Shown: positions 39,410 through 51,725, numbered from the stretch's first letter. The stretch is DNA of 64,000 nt from an uncultured Oligoflexales bacterium (GCA_964652825.1 CAZZCU010000001.1:67249-131248), one strand, 5' to 3'. Translations and numbers: made by a program. Notes: generated from the letters alone by a model not told the origin.

Positions 39410-40763
39410 ACAACCGGTATTTTTTGTCGGCATCGGTGGCAGTGGTATGGCGCCGCTTGCCGAGATTTTGCATAACAAAGGCGTGAGTGTAGCCGGCTCC
39501 GATCAAGCGGAATCAAGCAATACCATCAAACTACGTGAGCTCGGCATACCTGTTGTTATCGGTCATCATGAGCGCAATGCCACCGAAGCAAAAACCCTGA
39601 TTGTTTCCAGCGCAATCCGCGATGACAATCCGGAATATGTTGCCGCACAAAATAACAGCATCCCAATTCTTCATCGCTCCGACATCCTCAAACTGCTGAT
39701 CGACAATTATCAGGCCATCACGGTCGCGGGAACACATGGCAAAACCACGACGACAGCGATGATTGCTCACATATTGCATGAATTAGGTTGTCAGCCGATC
39801 GCCGCCGTTGGCGGTGACATGCTCAACTTCTCAAGTCATGCGTTGGTTGGTGATGGAAATTACTTCGTCGCTGAGGCCGATGAATCCGATGGCTCTTTGG
39901 TGAAGTATCGCTCCTTCATTTCTGTATTGACCAACATTGAACCCGATCACATGGATTATTTTAAATCCGTCGATCGTCAGCTTGACGCCTTCAGCGAGTA
40001 TTTGAACAACACGGACCGCGACGGCTTTGCCGTTGTCGGCTGGGATTTTAAATTGGCGCGCGATGTCGGCATGCGCTTTGCCGGTAACCGCTTGGCTTTT
40101 GGCTTCGCCATCGGCGTTGATGTTCGCGCGATTAATTATAAACAAACGGGCTCCACGGCAACTTTTACGGCCATTGTGGAGCGCGATCAAGTTGATGTTT
40201 CGCTAAAAATGCTGGGAAAGCATAATGTTCTTAATGCCCTCTGTGCACTCAGTGTTTGTCGAGCACTTGATCTCGACATCAGGGAAGCCGGCAAGGCGCT
40301 GGCCAATTTCGCTGGCGTGAATCGGCGACTGTCTTTGCTGCATAGCAACGAACGCGTTAGCATTTACGATGATTACGCGCACAATCCCGGCAAAATTTCT
40401 GCCTGTATTCAGGCGCTGCGAGAAACTTGGCCCGCGACAAAACTTGTCGTTGTTTATCAACCGCATCGATACTCACGCATCAGAACAATGTATAATGAAA
40501 GTGTTGCGGCATTTGCCGATGCGGATCTGGTTTTGCTTTTGCCTGTGTATGCTGCGGGCGAAGATATGGACAACCAGTATAATGCAACGGAGTACGCCAG
40601 CGACATTGCGCATTACAGCGCAACAACTTGCCACACTTGTAGTTGGCAGGAAGCCGCAAGTATGGCGATGGATGCGGCGAAAGCATCCACCGTGATTCTT
40701 ACGCTGGGAGCTGGCGATGTTTGGAAGATCGGGCAAGAAATCAAAGCGCACCTCGAAAAATAG
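39384..40763 (+). CDS. murC: UDP-N-acetylmuramate--L-alanine ligase MurC
   Basis: FFVGIGGSGMAPLAEIL, VAGTHGKTTTTAM, DDYAHNP. The TTG start overlaps ftsW by 26 nt. Confidence 0.92.
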   Translation: MASLKNQLKQPVFFVGIGGSGMAPLAEILHNKGVSVAGSDQAESSNTIKLRELGIPVVIGHHERNATEAKTLIVSSAIRDDNPEYVAAQNNSIPILHRSDILKLLIDNYQAITVAGTHGKTTTTAMIAHILHELGCQPIAAVGGDMLNFSSHALVGDGNYFVAEADESDGSLVKYRSFISVLTNIEPDHMDYFKSVDRQLDAFSEYLNNTDRDGFAVVGWDFKLARDVGMRFAGNRLAFGFAIGVDVRAINYKQTGSTATFTAIVERDQVDVSLKMLGKHNVLNALCALSVCRALDLDIREAGKALANFAGVNRRLSLLHSNERVSIYDDYAHNPGKISACIQALRETWPATKLVVVYQPHRYSRIRTMYNESVAAFADADLVLLLPVYAAGEDMDNQYNATEYASDIAHYSATTCHTCSWQEAASMAMDAAKASTVILTLGAGDVWKIGQEIKAHLEK

Positions 40764-41619
40764 CCGTGAGAAGCATCCTTCTCATGGCGGCGTGCTGTCC
40801 ACGCAGAAGCCCCAACGCCAGCGTCGCAAGATCAAAAACTGGAAAATCGGTGCCTGTATCGGTCTACTGGTGCTGATCATAGTCGGCATTATGTATGTCA
40901 CGCGCCCGAGTATCCCACAAAAAATCGCCGCCAATTATAAAAACAAACTCCCTGTTGAAATCATTATCCATCCAGATATGCGAGACGACGAACATCTCAG
41001 CGATGCAACTCGTAACGACATCGCCCAGGCTGGTGGTAAACTCATCACCGATATGCAGGAAGAGACGCTGGCGCGGGCAGCGCGAGCACTACAAAGCAAA
41101 TTTCTAGCCGACAGCGTTCATCTTGTTCGTGTCGCACCCAATCGCATCAGTCTTTTACTGAAACCACGCACCCCGATCATGCGCGTCAAAGGCGAGTCTA
41201 TACGCCTTCTCAGTCAGCTGGGTCACGTCTATGGGACAGCGCGTGACGATCATGCTTCGTTGCCATTGCTATCGGGGTTAATCGACACAAATAATGTCGC
41301 TCGCATGCGCGATAACAACACGCTTCTTCTCTCGGCCGAGCAAGAAGTGATCGCCAAAGAAGCACTTGAGTTGCTTGCTCTTCTCAGTCAAACCACACTT
41401 CGTGACAGTTTTGATGAAATTCGTTTCGTTAAATTTCGTGGCATTACTTTGCGATCGTCGCATGACGATTTGGAAGTTACGATTGGACGATCGCCATTTG
41501 ATCGCAAGGTTGACGGTCTGAATCGAATTTTGGCCGGTCTCAAAAAAAAGGGCAGCCAAGCACAACGAATTGAATTAGACTATGATGGCAAAGCCTTTAT
41601 CAAAGAAAAACGTCTTTAA
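40717..41619 (+). CDS. ftsQ: cell division protein FtsQ
   Basis: Basic N-terminal tail, single TM (IGACIGLLVLIIVGIMYV), POTRA-like region, and a position between murC and ftsA. The start is uncertain (40717 overlaps murC by 47 nt; GTG 40792 is an alternative). Confidence 0.75.
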   Translation: MFGRSGKKSKRTSKNSREKHPSHGGVLSTQKPQRQRRKIKNWKIGACIGLLVLIIVGIMYVTRPSIPQKIAANYKNKLPVEIIIHPDMRDDEHLSDATRNDIAQAGGKLITDMQEETLARAARALQSKFLADSVHLVRVAPNRISLLLKPRTPIMRVKGESIRLLSQLGHVYGTARDDHASLPLLSGLIDTNNVARMRDNNTLLLSAEQEVIAKEALELLALLSQTTLRDSFDEIRFVKFRGITLRSSHDDLEVTIGRSPFDRKVDGLNRILAGLKKKGSQAQRIELDYDGKAFIKEKRL

Positions 41620-42890
41620 TGACAGGTTGGGATAACGTCGTGCCCGGCAATATTCTTTGTGCGCTTGATCTTGGAACAACTAAGTTTTGTTTGGCAGCGC
41701 TTTATCTCGATCGTCCTGAAACCGATCGCCCATTAATTGAAATCATCACCGTGCCCGCCGCCGGCATGCGTCGCGGTATGGTTGCGGACATGCAGCAGGC
41801 CGCCGCGGCTTTGACCAAGCTGTTGGACGCCGCCGAAAACCAACTCAATATCGATATCCGTCGCGTCGTCGTTGGTATCGCTGGCAGTCACCTGCGCGGC
41901 TTTGATACCAGTTCAGAGTTGATCACCAACAACGAGGTCATCGCCTCAACCCATATCTCAGCGCTCCAGGAAAAAGTTGAGCAAACCCGCATCGCCGCTG
42001 ACCGCGAGATCCTACACGTCGTACCCGTCTCTTTTGATTTGGATGATCGCCAATCAACACAAAATCCTATTGGTTTCAGCGCACAGACATTGCGCGGCGA
42101 CTTCTTTCTAGTGGATGCCGATCGTCTGTATCTCAAAGATATCGTCCGCTTATGCAATCAAGCCGGCCTGGAAGTAGCGCGGCTGTATTCCGAGCCGCTG
42201 TCTTCGGCAAGCGTGACTTTAGATGATGCCAAAAAAGAGGTCGGGGTCGCCGTCTGCGATATCGGTGGTGGCACCACTGATGGCGTGGTGTATCAGGCTG
42301 GCCGGCCACGAGCGGCTTTCAGTCTGAACATCGGTGGCGCGATGCTGACCAGCGATCTGGCGGTAGCACTTAATCTGAGTCTTGCCGAAGCTGAGCGGGC
42401 CAAAGTCTTTTTTGGTCTTGGCACGACGAAGGACGCCGATACCACTATGGTGATAAACAATATCAAAGGTGACGCCAGAACGATCACCGCTGAGCTCGTT
42501 CGTCCCATTTTGGCGGCGCGGTTGGCGGAATTATGCCAACTACTCGGCCAACAGCTGCTACCTTATAAGGGTAAGCTCGGCGGTGGTATTGTCCTGACCG
42601 GTGGCGGCTCGGAAGTTGCCGGCATTGATCGCTTGTTCCAAAAGATTTTTCGCATCCCCGTCACCAAGGCATGCCCATCCTTTGTTTATCAGGAAACACC
42701 CGTGTCGACTGAGAACCAGGATGATGAAACGATGCAATCGGCACTCATGTATCCGAGCAAATACGCCACGGTTATGGGTTTGCTTAATCTTGAACTTGGA
42801 CGCATCAAAGATGATGAATCAACTCGTCGTGTTTCTTGGACGTCGCGTTACGTAAATCAGTTGGTCCGCTGGTTAAAAGACATGTCATAG
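41619..42890 (+). CDS. ftsA: cell division protein FtsA
   Basis: Actin-fold motifs LDLGTTKF, DIGGGTTD, VLTGGGSEVAGI. The ATG overlaps the ftsQ stop (TAATG). Confidence 0.93.
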   Translation: MTGWDNVVPGNILCALDLGTTKFCLAALYLDRPETDRPLIEIITVPAAGMRRGMVADMQQAAAALTKLLDAAENQLNIDIRRVVVGIAGSHLRGFDTSSELITNNEVIASTHISALQEKVEQTRIAADREILHVVPVSFDLDDRQSTQNPIGFSAQTLRGDFFLVDADRLYLKDIVRLCNQAGLEVARLYSEPLSSASVTLDDAKKEVGVAVCDIGGGTTDGVVYQAGRPRAAFSLNIGGAMLTSDLAVALNLSLAEAERAKVFFGLGTTKDADTTMVINNIKGDARTITAELVRPILAARLAELCQLLGQQLLPYKGKLGGGIVLTGGGSEVAGIDRLFQKIFRIPVTKACPSFVYQETPVSTENQDDETMQSALMYPSKYATVMGLLNLELGRIKDDESTRRVSWTSRYVNQLVRWLKDMS

Positions 42891-42892
42891 AA

Positions 42893-42922
42893 TTGACACT
42901 AGTCATTCTCCCTCCTTATAAT
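42893..42922 (+). promoter_or_regulatory. near-consensus sigma-70-type promoter in the ftsA-ftsZ spacer
   Basis: TTGACA (42893-42898), 18-nt spacer, TATAAT (42917-42922). AGGAG at 42964-42968 precedes the ftsZ ATG at 42976. Confidence 0.6.
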
Positions 42923-42975
42923 GTTTTCTAAGTATTCTCTTTTTCATTGTTGGCTATCCAACTAGGAGTCTTCCT

Positions 42976-44775
42976 ATGACGTATGATACCGAAAACATTC
43001 TGCCACCAGGTGCTCGCATTAAAGTCATTGGTGTCGGCGGCGGCGGCGGCAACGCGGTTAACACCATGATTCGCTCCAACCTTGAAGGCGTCGAGTTCGT
43101 GGCAGCCAACACCGATATACAATCGTTGCGTTTCTCGCTGGCGACAACCAAGCTTCAGCTCGGACGCGAACTAACCAAAGGCTTGGGTGCCGGAGCTGAT
43201 CCAGATATCGGTCGTGACGCGGCTTTGGAAGATCGTCACGCTCTGCAAGAGGCTATTTCGGGTTCCGATATGGTCTTTATTACCGCCGGCATGGGTGGTG
43301 GAACCGGTACGGGTGGTGCTGCGGTCGTCGCTCAGATCGCCCGCGAGCTAGGTGCACTGACGGTTGCCGTCGTCACCAAGCCATTTGCTTTCGAGGGCAA
43401 ACGCCGCCGCAAACATGCAGAACTTGGGATCGCTCGGCTGCGCGAAAATGTTGACACCTTGATCACGATTCCCAATCAACGCTTACTTCAGATCGCAACT
43501 CCCGATCTGAGCATGATGGATGCATTTCGTATGGCTGACAACGTGTTGGTGAATGCTGTACGCGGCATCAGCGACATCATCAACATCCCTGGTACCGTCA
43601 ATGTCGACTTTGCCGACGTCAAAACCGTTATGTCGAGCATGGGCTTGGCATTGATGGGCATTGGTATTGCCGCTGGCCCAAGCCGCGCCGTCGAAGCCGC
43701 TCGTCAGGCGATATGCTCGCCGCTTCTGGAAGATGTGAACATCGAGGGCGCCACTGGCATCCTGATCAATATCACCGCCGGCAGTAACATCACGCTTATG
43801 GAAGTGAACGAGGCTTGTTCGATCATTCAGGAAGCCGCTCACGAGGATGCCAATATTATCTTTGGCGCGGTTATCGATGAAGCCATGGGCGATCAAATTC
43901 GTGTGACCGTTATTGCCACCGGCTTTCCCGCCGAAGGCGAAGATGGCGATGACATTTTGCAAGGCGCCACGCCGACGTTCGCATCCATGCATCGGCCCCT
44001 GACCAGTTCAACGACGACAAGCTTTCAACGTCCGAAGGCTCAGCAAACAGCGCATTTGCCGCGCACGGCATCGCCGATCGTTAACGCTCGTCCAGCCGCT
44101 CCCGCTCAAGCTCCGGCTGTGCAGCCACAGCAGTCACCAGCACCAATCGCAGCCCAGCCGATCGCTACGCCAATACCTGAACAACCCATCACGACAACAG
44201 AGGGTACCGAAAACGCGTTTGCTGGCATACCCGCAGCGACTGCGGCGCCGCAAACAGCAAGTCCAGAACCCAGTATCGATCTACCGCAATTCTCGGCCGT
44301 CACCGAAGCTCAGGGCCTGACACAATGGACTTTCAGCAGCAACGATGCCGCGGAACAAGCTCCAGCTCAAAGCGATAGCGAAGAAATCGCTACTACTGAC
44401 ATTGATTCGGTGTTCGGCGCGGCTGACGATTTGAGTTTCGCCATTGAAGCCATCAGCGAAAATCGTATCGAAGGCGCCTCCTTGGCAACGGGAGCTGATG
44501 ATGAGGGTTTCATGACCGACCTCGATCTCTCTGTTAACGACGGCGGCATGATCGAAGATGATATCCAAACAGCTTTGCCGCTTGAGTCGCTTTTCAATCA
44601 AGAAGCACCTCAGGCTACTAGCTTGGATGTCAATGCCAACCTGAATCAAAAGATCGACGAAGCTTTGGAGCTGGCCGAGCGCTTAAAAAGCGTGCAAGCT
44701 GAGCAGCCGGATAGCGACGAGTTGGACGTCCCGGCTTTTCTGCGCAACGGCATGAAGGATTTGTCCTTAAGCTAA
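42976..44775 (+). CDS. ftsZ: cell division GTPase FtsZ with very long C-terminal linker
   Basis: [23 protein letters not shown] tubulin signature. The globular core ends near residue 318 (ATGFPAEG). C-terminal peptide [12 protein letters not shown] at 44716-44751. Confidence 0.97.
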   Translation: MTYDTENILPPGARIKVIGVGGGGGNAVNTMIRSNLEGVEFVAANTDIQSLRFSLATTKLQLGRELTKGLGAGADPDIGRDAALEDRHALQEAISGSDMVFITAGMGGGTGTGGAAVVAQIARELGALTVAVVTKPFAFEGKRRRKHAELGIARLRENVDTLITIPNQRLLQIATPDLSMMDAFRMADNVLVNAVRGISDIINIPGTVNVDFADVKTVMSSMGLALMGIGIAAGPSRAVEAARQAICSPLLEDVNIEGATGILINITAGSNITLMEVNEACSIIQEAAHEDANIIFGAVIDEAMGDQIRVTVIATGFPAEGEDGDDILQGATPTFASMHRPLTSSTTTSFQRPKAQQTAHLPRTASPIVNARPAAPAQAPAVQPQQSPAPIAAQPIATPIPEQPITTTEGTENAFAGIPAATAAPQTASPEPSIDLPQFSAVTEAQGLTQWTFSSNDAAEQAPAQSDSEEIATTDIDSVFGAADDLSFAIEAISENRIEGASLATGADDEGFMTDLDLSVNDGGMIEDDIQTALPLESLFNQEAPQATSLDVNANLNQKIDEALELAERLKSVQAEQPDSDELDVPAFLRNGMKDLSLS

Positions 44776-44786
44776 GGCTTAAGGAT

Positions 44787-45740
44787 CTATTCCGTTCGTC
44801 CGTCGCTGACAATGTCCTGGAAAGAACGCAAATGGGTTGGCAATGCCGTTAGCAACGGGTTGCCAACCTGCATCGACTCATCAGAATTACTACCTAAGCT
44901 CAAATAGTCACGAATCTTGGGCGAAGCGATATCCTTCTTGCGACGTTCAAATAACGGCAGCAGCGAATCCCCCAAAAAGCCCTTTAGCGGGATCTTCGAG
45001 CCGCGACTGAATTGAGATGAAATCATCTTAAAGACATCTTCGACTTTGTAGGTTTGCTGGCCGGTAATCTCGACCACCGCAGCAACGTCTTCAACCTTTT
45101 GTCGCACCAAGCCGCATAACATCAAGGCCAGATCGTCCACGGAAATCGGTGACATAGTTTTCTTGGCATCCGGTACCGGATAAAACGCAGGGTACTGCAT
45201 AACACCAAGCACGGATTGCACGAACTTATCCGACTGCGGTCCACCGCATACCAGCGTGCTGCGCAAAATAATCTTCTCCGGTATGCGCGAATTCAAAATA
45301 AAAAACTCTGCTAGATATTTTTCGCGCAGAAACGGTGTTTGCGCCTTCCGCGAAGCACCCATGGCGCTGACAAAAATAATTCTGCGCGTGCCGGCTTTCT
45401 CCATCGCTGCAATGAGATTCAAGACCGTTGTAATATTATGCGTGTACTTGCCTGATTTCATCGTCCAGTCCACTTCGCCGGTCGGTCCAGTGAAGTTACC
45501 GCCCCAGGCTAAATGAACAACCGTATCGACACCGCGCAGAGGAGCAGCGATAAGCTCGGCGGAACTCATATCGGAACAAACGGGATAAACGCTTGCCATT
45601 GGCTCCGGCAAACGATGATGATACATGGAAACAATCGTCTCACCCTCGGCTGACAAGCGTTTTACCAGATGCTTGCCGATAAAGCCGGAGCCACCCGTTA
45701 CCAAGACCGCGCCCGACCCCTGTGGTGTGCCAGATGTCAT
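44787..45740 (-). CDS. NAD(P)-binding SDR-family epimerase/dehydratase-like protein
   Basis: VLVTGGSGFIGKHLVKRL Rossmann motif, 317 aa. Substrate unknown. Confidence 0.7.
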   Translation of the reverse strand: MTSGTPQGSGAVLVTGGSGFIGKHLVKRLSAEGETIVSMYHHRLPEPMASVYPVCSDMSSAELIAAPLRGVDTVVHLAWGGNFTGPTGEVDWTMKSGKYTHNITTVLNLIAAMEKAGTRRIIFVSAMGASRKAQTPFLREKYLAEFFILNSRIPEKIILRSTLVCGGPQSDKFVQSVLGVMQYPAFYPVPDAKKTMSPISVDDLALMLCGLVRQKVEDVAAVVEITGQQTYKVEDVFKMISSQFSRGSKIPLKGFLGDSLLPLFERRKKDIASPKIRDYLSLGSNSDESMQVGNPLLTALPTHLRSFQDIVSDGRTE

Positions 45741-45768
45741 AGTCCCTGCCTCGCTATAATTTTAGAGC

Positions 45769-46896
45769 TCAAAGAGTTTCGTAAACCGATTTTAACTCGG
45801 AAGCGACTTCTTTCCAACGTTTCATTCGTTGCAGGTGCTTCTCTAAGGCGGCTTTGAAGGTGGAATCCTGTTTTTTACCCAGCCAGGCATGCGCGCTCTG
45901 CACCCAAGCATCGGTAGCGTCTTCCGCACCCATACCAGTACCGACGATGTTGCCAACAACTTCATCGATACCGCTGCCACCTTGATAAACCACAGGGACG
46001 CTACAACTCAGCGCCTCCGCTGCCGGCAAGCAAAAGCCCTCATACCGGCTGGTATGCAGTAAAATATCCGCTTGTTTGTACAAACGCTTCAACTGCTCGC
46101 TGGTCTGCAATGAAAACACCTTGATTGCTTGCGCTAGCAATAAATCCGCCGCGTACTCTTTGACAAACCGAGCGCCCTTGTCATCGGTGACCAAAGACAA
46201 AACGATGCTGCCACGTGCTTTGCGAACAATATCGCAAAGCAGATCCAGGTGTTTATACTTTTCATAGCGCGCGACACTCACGGCGCGTACAACATTCGCC
46301 GCCGCCACACCACCATCATCCGCGCTCTCTAGGTCTACCGCCGGAAAACCATTGGGAATCACAACAATCTTTTTCGCAGCCAACCGAGGGTAACGATCCA
46401 ATAACGTCTGCTTAGTCCACTCGGAAACACAAATGATGCAATCCGCCCGGCTCGTTGCACCAGTAAACAACCACTGAAATTGCAGACGCGACACCAAAGA
46501 TACATCATTGATGGCGGCTAGAATCGGAATCAGATCATGGACGGTTAAAACACCGCGTATCTTAGACACACGAGCGGCCAACCCTAAATTCAAATTGCTC
46601 AGGCCATGAAGAATTATTTCTTGATTGGCTTGCGTCGCCTGCTTGGCGACATAACGTGCGACAGCTTTCGGAGCCAGTAGTTTACTCGTATAGATCTTGG
46701 TGCCGATGCGCGACGACGATGCAAATTCATGGGTGGGCCAGCCCGAAAAATACTGAGCAAAACCGGAATAACCGATTAGCGTCGGTACAACACCCAATGG
46801 TTTTAATTCGTGGATAAGCTGATTAGCGTGAACAAAAACGCCGGAATTGCGGCTGGCAAGACCATAAGCATCCCAAAAAACCGGTTTGCCGGTCAT
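45769..46896 (-). CDS. GT4-type (GT-B) glycosyltransferase
   Basis: C-terminal EGFCLPAAEALSCSVPVV motif typical of GT4/GT1 retaining glycosyltransferases, 375 aa. Confidence 0.7.
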   Translation of the reverse strand: MTGKPVFWDAYGLASRNSGVFVHANQLIHELKPLGVVPTLIGYSGFAQYFSGWPTHEFASSSRIGTKIYTSKLLAPKAVARYVAKQATQANQEIILHGLSNLNLGLAARVSKIRGVLTVHDLIPILAAINDVSLVSRLQFQWLFTGATSRADCIICVSEWTKQTLLDRYPRLAAKKIVVIPNGFPAVDLESADDGGVAAANVVRAVSVARYEKYKHLDLLCDIVRKARGSIVLSLVTDDKGARFVKEYAADLLLAQAIKVFSLQTSEQLKRLYKQADILLHTSRYEGFCLPAAEALSCSVPVVYQGGSGIDEVVGNIVGTGMGAEDATDAWVQSAHAWLGKKQDSTFKAALEKHLQRMKRWKEVASELKSVYETL

Positions 46897-46908
46897 CGTG
46901 TAGAGTGC

Positions 46909-47340
46909 CTACGCCATACGCAAATCGGCAATGCTTTCGAGGAACTCCAAGCGCGCATCGGCGCGGCGCAGTGCTTGTTGTGCGCGTTCCATATCGAGAG
47001 CTTCCACCGACTTCGCGCTCAATCTGCCAAGCGCACGCTCACGGGAACGTAACACCCGTTCGCGATCAATATCCTTTGGCTGCTCGATCACATCGACCAA
47101 CACACGCGCTCGATTATCCTGCACTTCCAAAAAACCGCCCGCGACAAAGTATTTTTGCGTCGTGCCGCTGTCACCCTCAACCGCCAACTGGCCAAGACCA
47201 ATCTCCGTGATGAGCGGCGTATGGCCGGGTAAGATGCCCATATAACCATCAACACCCGGTGCCAACAGCTGACGTGCCGAAACTTTGGCGACCACGCGGC
47301 TTGGCGATAAGATTTCTACTTGGATAGCTTCAGCGCTCAT
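46909..47340 (-). CDS. atpC: F1 ATP synthase epsilon subunit
   Basis: 143 aa directly after atpD. N-terminal beta-sandwich-like VEILSP..., GILPGHTPLIT motif. Confidence 0.9.
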   Translation of the reverse strand: MSAEAIQVEILSPSRVVAKVSARQLLAPGVDGYMGILPGHTPLITEIGLGQLAVEGDSGTTQKYFVAGGFLEVQDNRARVLVDVIEQPKDIDRERVLRSRERALGRLSAKSVEALDMERAQQALRRADARLEFLESIADLRMA

Positions 47341-47355
47341 TCCCCGTCCCGGTCT

Positions 47356-48768
<1,413 letters not shown>

Positions 48769-48783
48769 TTACTACTCCACAGG

Positions 48784-49659
48784 TTAGAGCGCTTCCGCGC
48801 CGCTAATGATTTCGATTAGTTCTTTAGTGATCGCCGCCTGGCGAGCACGGTTGTATTGCAAGGTCAAATCCTGCCGCACTTCTTTGGCATTGTTGGTTGC
48901 TGAGTCCATGGCCGCCATCCGCGCGCCGTGTTCCGAAGCCGCGGCATCCAACAAGCCGCGATAAATCTGCGATGCAACCTGACGCATCAGCAAGCCTTCC
49001 AACAAAGTCGCAAGACCGGGCTCCACAATAAAATTCTGTAGTGCTTCGTTGCCATCGCCGTCTTTCTTATAAGCAACCGGCAATAATTGTGCGACGCGCG
49101 GTGTTTGCGACAGCGCCGACTTAAACTCAACGGAGGACAAATAAATGCGGTCGAATTGCTGATCGCGAAAACGCTGTACCAAATCATCAGTGAGTTCTTC
49201 AGCCAAGGTATAAGTTGGAGTTGCCAAAACTTTCTCGCGCGCCGAAACAACCGCCGTACCAGACAATTTATTCTTGCCAAATAAAATCGCGCGGCGTCCC
49301 CACAACATGACCGAAACATCGACGCCTTCTTGTCGTTTTTGCTTGAGCCAACCTAAAGAGGCTTTAAATAGGTTGGTGTTAAGGCCGCCACAAAGGCCGC
49401 GATCTGTCGCCATAACGATCAACAGCGATTTTTTTTCCGGTACCGTGCGCAGCAACTCCGATTCGACATCGGCGCTGGCCGCCATCGCTGCGAGCTTTGC
49501 CACCATTTCGTCGAACGCGAACCCGTATGGCCGCGCCGCCAGAACCGCCTGCGAAGCTTTCGCGAATTTCGCCGCCGACACCAGCTTCATCGCACGCGTG
49601 ATTTTTTGCGTGTTACCGACGCTGCTGATGCGGCGTTTAATGTCCTTAAGATTTGGCAT
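48784..49659 (-). CDS. atpG: F1 ATP synthase gamma subunit
   Basis: [32 protein letters not shown]-terminus and C-terminal [18 protein letters not shown] 49659 overlaps the atpA 3' end by 14 nt. Confidence 0.95.
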   Translation of the reverse strand: MPNLKDIKRRISSVGNTQKITRAMKLVSAAKFAKASQAVLAARPYGFAFDEMVAKLAAMAASADVESELLRTVPEKKSLLIVMATDRGLCGGLNTNLFKASLGWLKQKRQEGVDVSVMLWGRRAILFGKNKLSGTAVVSAREKVLATPTYTLAEELTDDLVQRFRDQQFDRIYLSSVEFKSALSQTPRVAQLLPVAYKKDGDGNEALQNFIVEPGLATLLEGLLMRQVASQIYRGLLDAAASEHGARMAAMDSATNNAKEVRQDLTLQYNRARQAAITKELIEIISGAEAL

Positions 49660-51169
49660 CGGCAACAAATCCCTGATCGAATTCCTCGATCGCTTTTTTC
49701 AAATCGGCTTCAACATCACCAAGTTTGGCGCGATTATTAATCTTGTCGATAACCGACTTATATTTCGCGCGCAGCAAGTTGGTGAAACCTGCTTCCCATT
49801 TGCGAATCGAATCGACCGCGTGTTTATCAAGGTAACCTTTGGTGCCCGCGTAAATAACCGCTACCTGCACGCCCGCATCCAGGGGTTCATACTGACCTTG
49901 CTTCAAAAGCTCGACCAGACGCTCACCGCGTGTCAGGGTTTTTTGCGTCGCGGCATCCAAATCCGAACCAAACTGCGAGAAGGCCGCCAACTCCCGATAC
50001 TGCGCCAAATCCAAACGCAAATTACCGCCGACAGCTTTCATCGCTGGCACCTGTGCGGCACCACCCACCCGCGATACCGACAAGCCGGCATTCACGGCGG
50101 GGCGCACACCGCTGAAGAACAAATCCGACTCCAAGAAAATCTGGCCGTCGGTAATCGAAATAACGTTCGTGGGAATGTATGCGGAAATATCACCCGCTTG
50201 TGTTTCGATGATAGGAAACGCCGTCAATGAACCGGCACCCAACTCATCATTTAATTTGCAGGCGCGCTCCAACAAGCGGCTATGCAAATAAAATACGTCA
50301 CCGGGATAAGCTTCGCGACCCGGGGGGCGACGCAGCAGCAGCGACAACTCACGATAAGCAACGGCTTGTTTGGTCAAATCGTCATAAAAAATAACCGCGT
50401 GACGACCTTTATCGCGGAAATACTCCGCCATCCGACAACCAGAATAAGGCGCCAAAAATTGCATCGGCGCCGGATCAAGAGCTGTTGCCGCAACGACGAT
50501 CGTATATTCCATCGCGCCTTCGCGCTTCAACCGACTGACCACCTGTGCAACCGTCGAAGCTTTTTGTCCGATCGCAACATATACGCAAATAACGTCTTTG
50601 CCTTTTTGGTTGATGATCGTATCAACGGCGATTGCGGTTTTGCCCGTCTGACGATCACCAATAATCAACTCGCGCTGGCCACGACCAACTGGTGTCATGG
50701 AGTCGATTGCCTTGATGCCGGTTGCCAGCGGCTCATGTACCGACTTACGTGCAATAATACCGGGTGCCTTCACTTCGACGATGCCGGGCTCCGCGCCATT
50801 GATCGGACCAAGACCATCAATTGGATTACCCAAAGCATCAACTACACGACCAACCAAACCTTCGCCGATCGGTACTGAATTAATTTCTTTAGTACGGCGA
50901 ACTGACGAGCCCTCTTGGATCGTTGTCGTATCACCGAAGATCGCGACACCAACATTGTCTTCCTCAAGGTTCAAAACCACACCGCGAACACCGCCGTCAA
51001 ACTCAACCAACTCACCGGCCATCGCATTCTCTAGACCATAGACGCGGGCGATACCGTCACCGATCGTCAATACCGTACCGGTTTCTTGAAGCTCGGCTGG
51101 CTTATCAAAATTTTTGATGCGATCGCTGATGATGCGACTAACTTCTTCCACTCGGATCTTTTGCAACAC
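49646..51169 (-). CDS. atpA: F1 ATP synthase alpha subunit
   Basis: [11 protein letters not shown] Walker A. GTG 51169 has AAGGAG upstream and lies just after the atpH stop. The track ORF starts at 51226, inside atpH. Confidence 0.97.
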   Translation of the reverse strand: MLQKIRVEEVSRIISDRIKNFDKPAELQETGTVLTIGDGIARVYGLENAMAGELVEFDGGVRGVVLNLEEDNVGVAIFGDTTTIQEGSSVRRTKEINSVPIGEGLVGRVVDALGNPIDGLGPINGAEPGIVEVKAPGIIARKSVHEPLATGIKAIDSMTPVGRGQRELIIGDRQTGKTAIAVDTIINQKGKDVICVYVAIGQKASTVAQVVSRLKREGAMEYTIVVAATALDPAPMQFLAPYSGCRMAEYFRDKGRHAVIFYDDLTKQAVAYRELSLLLRRPPGREAYPGDVFYLHSRLLERACKLNDELGAGSLTAFPIIETQAGDISAYIPTNVISITDGQIFLESDLFFSGVRPAVNAGLSVSRVGGAAQVPAMKAVGGNLRLDLAQYRELAAFSQFGSDLDAATQKTLTRGERLVELLKQGQYEPLDAGVQVAVIYAGTKGYLDKHAVDSIRKWEAGFTNLLRAKYKSVIDKINNRAKLGDVEADLKKAIEEFDQGFVADAKS

Positions 51170-51179
51170 GGACAACTCC

Positions 51180-51722
51180 TTAGATGGCGGCGTTCTTAGC
51201 GATTGAATTGAGTTTTGTGCGAACACTCAAATCAAGCAGCGAATTTCCAAAACGAACAACAAATCCACCCAATATCTCCGGACGGATTTTTTCTTGAATC
51301 TCAACTTCCTTATTCACCAATTGCTTTAATTGACCGCGCAGTGTTTTCTGCTGCGCCTCATCCATAGCCTGAACAACTTCCACTTGGGCGGTAATGATAC
51401 CTGCCTTGTCATTAACGATACCCTTAAACGCCGCAACGACTTCCGGAAAAACGTCGACGCGACCCGCACTCACCATTGATTCGGCAAAATGCTCCAAGTC
51501 CGCATCTTTGTTGTCTGCGGCCTTCAGCGCATACTTAATCAGCGCCAACTTCAAATCACTTGGCATCACCGGACTGACGAGCACGCGGCGCGCATCATCA
51601 ATGTCAAAAAGCTGTGTTATCGCTTCGAGCGCAGGCACCAACTTAGACGCGGTACCTTGATCTTCTTTTATCAATCGAAACAATGCTCGTGCATAGCGGT
51701 TTGCGATTCTAACTGCGCTCAT
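51180..51722 (-). CDS. atpH: F1 ATP synthase delta (OSCP) subunit
   Basis: [11 protein letters not shown]-terminus, 180 aa, positioned between atpF and atpA. Confidence 0.9.
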   Translation of the reverse strand: MSAVRIANRYARALFRLIKEDQGTASKLVPALEAITQLFDIDDARRVLVSPVMPSDLKLALIKYALKAADNKDADLEHFAESMVSAGRVDVFPEVVAAFKGIVNDKAGIITAQVEVVQAMDEAQQKTLRGQLKQLVNKEVEIQEKIRPEILGGFVVRFGNSLLDLSVRTKLNSIAKNAAI

Positions 51723-51725
51723 TCT

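Noticed and set aside
49274-50230. 318-aa ORF antisense to atpG/atpA. Similar long antisense ORFs: 50282-50878, 7136-7699, 13042-13602, 14088-14666, 43483-43992, 4626-5087, 1001-1453
   Set aside because: All lie fully inside strongly supported conserved genes on the opposite strand. Their translations are Arg/Ser/His-rich low-complexity sequence typical of shadow frames, and none has a convincing RBS.
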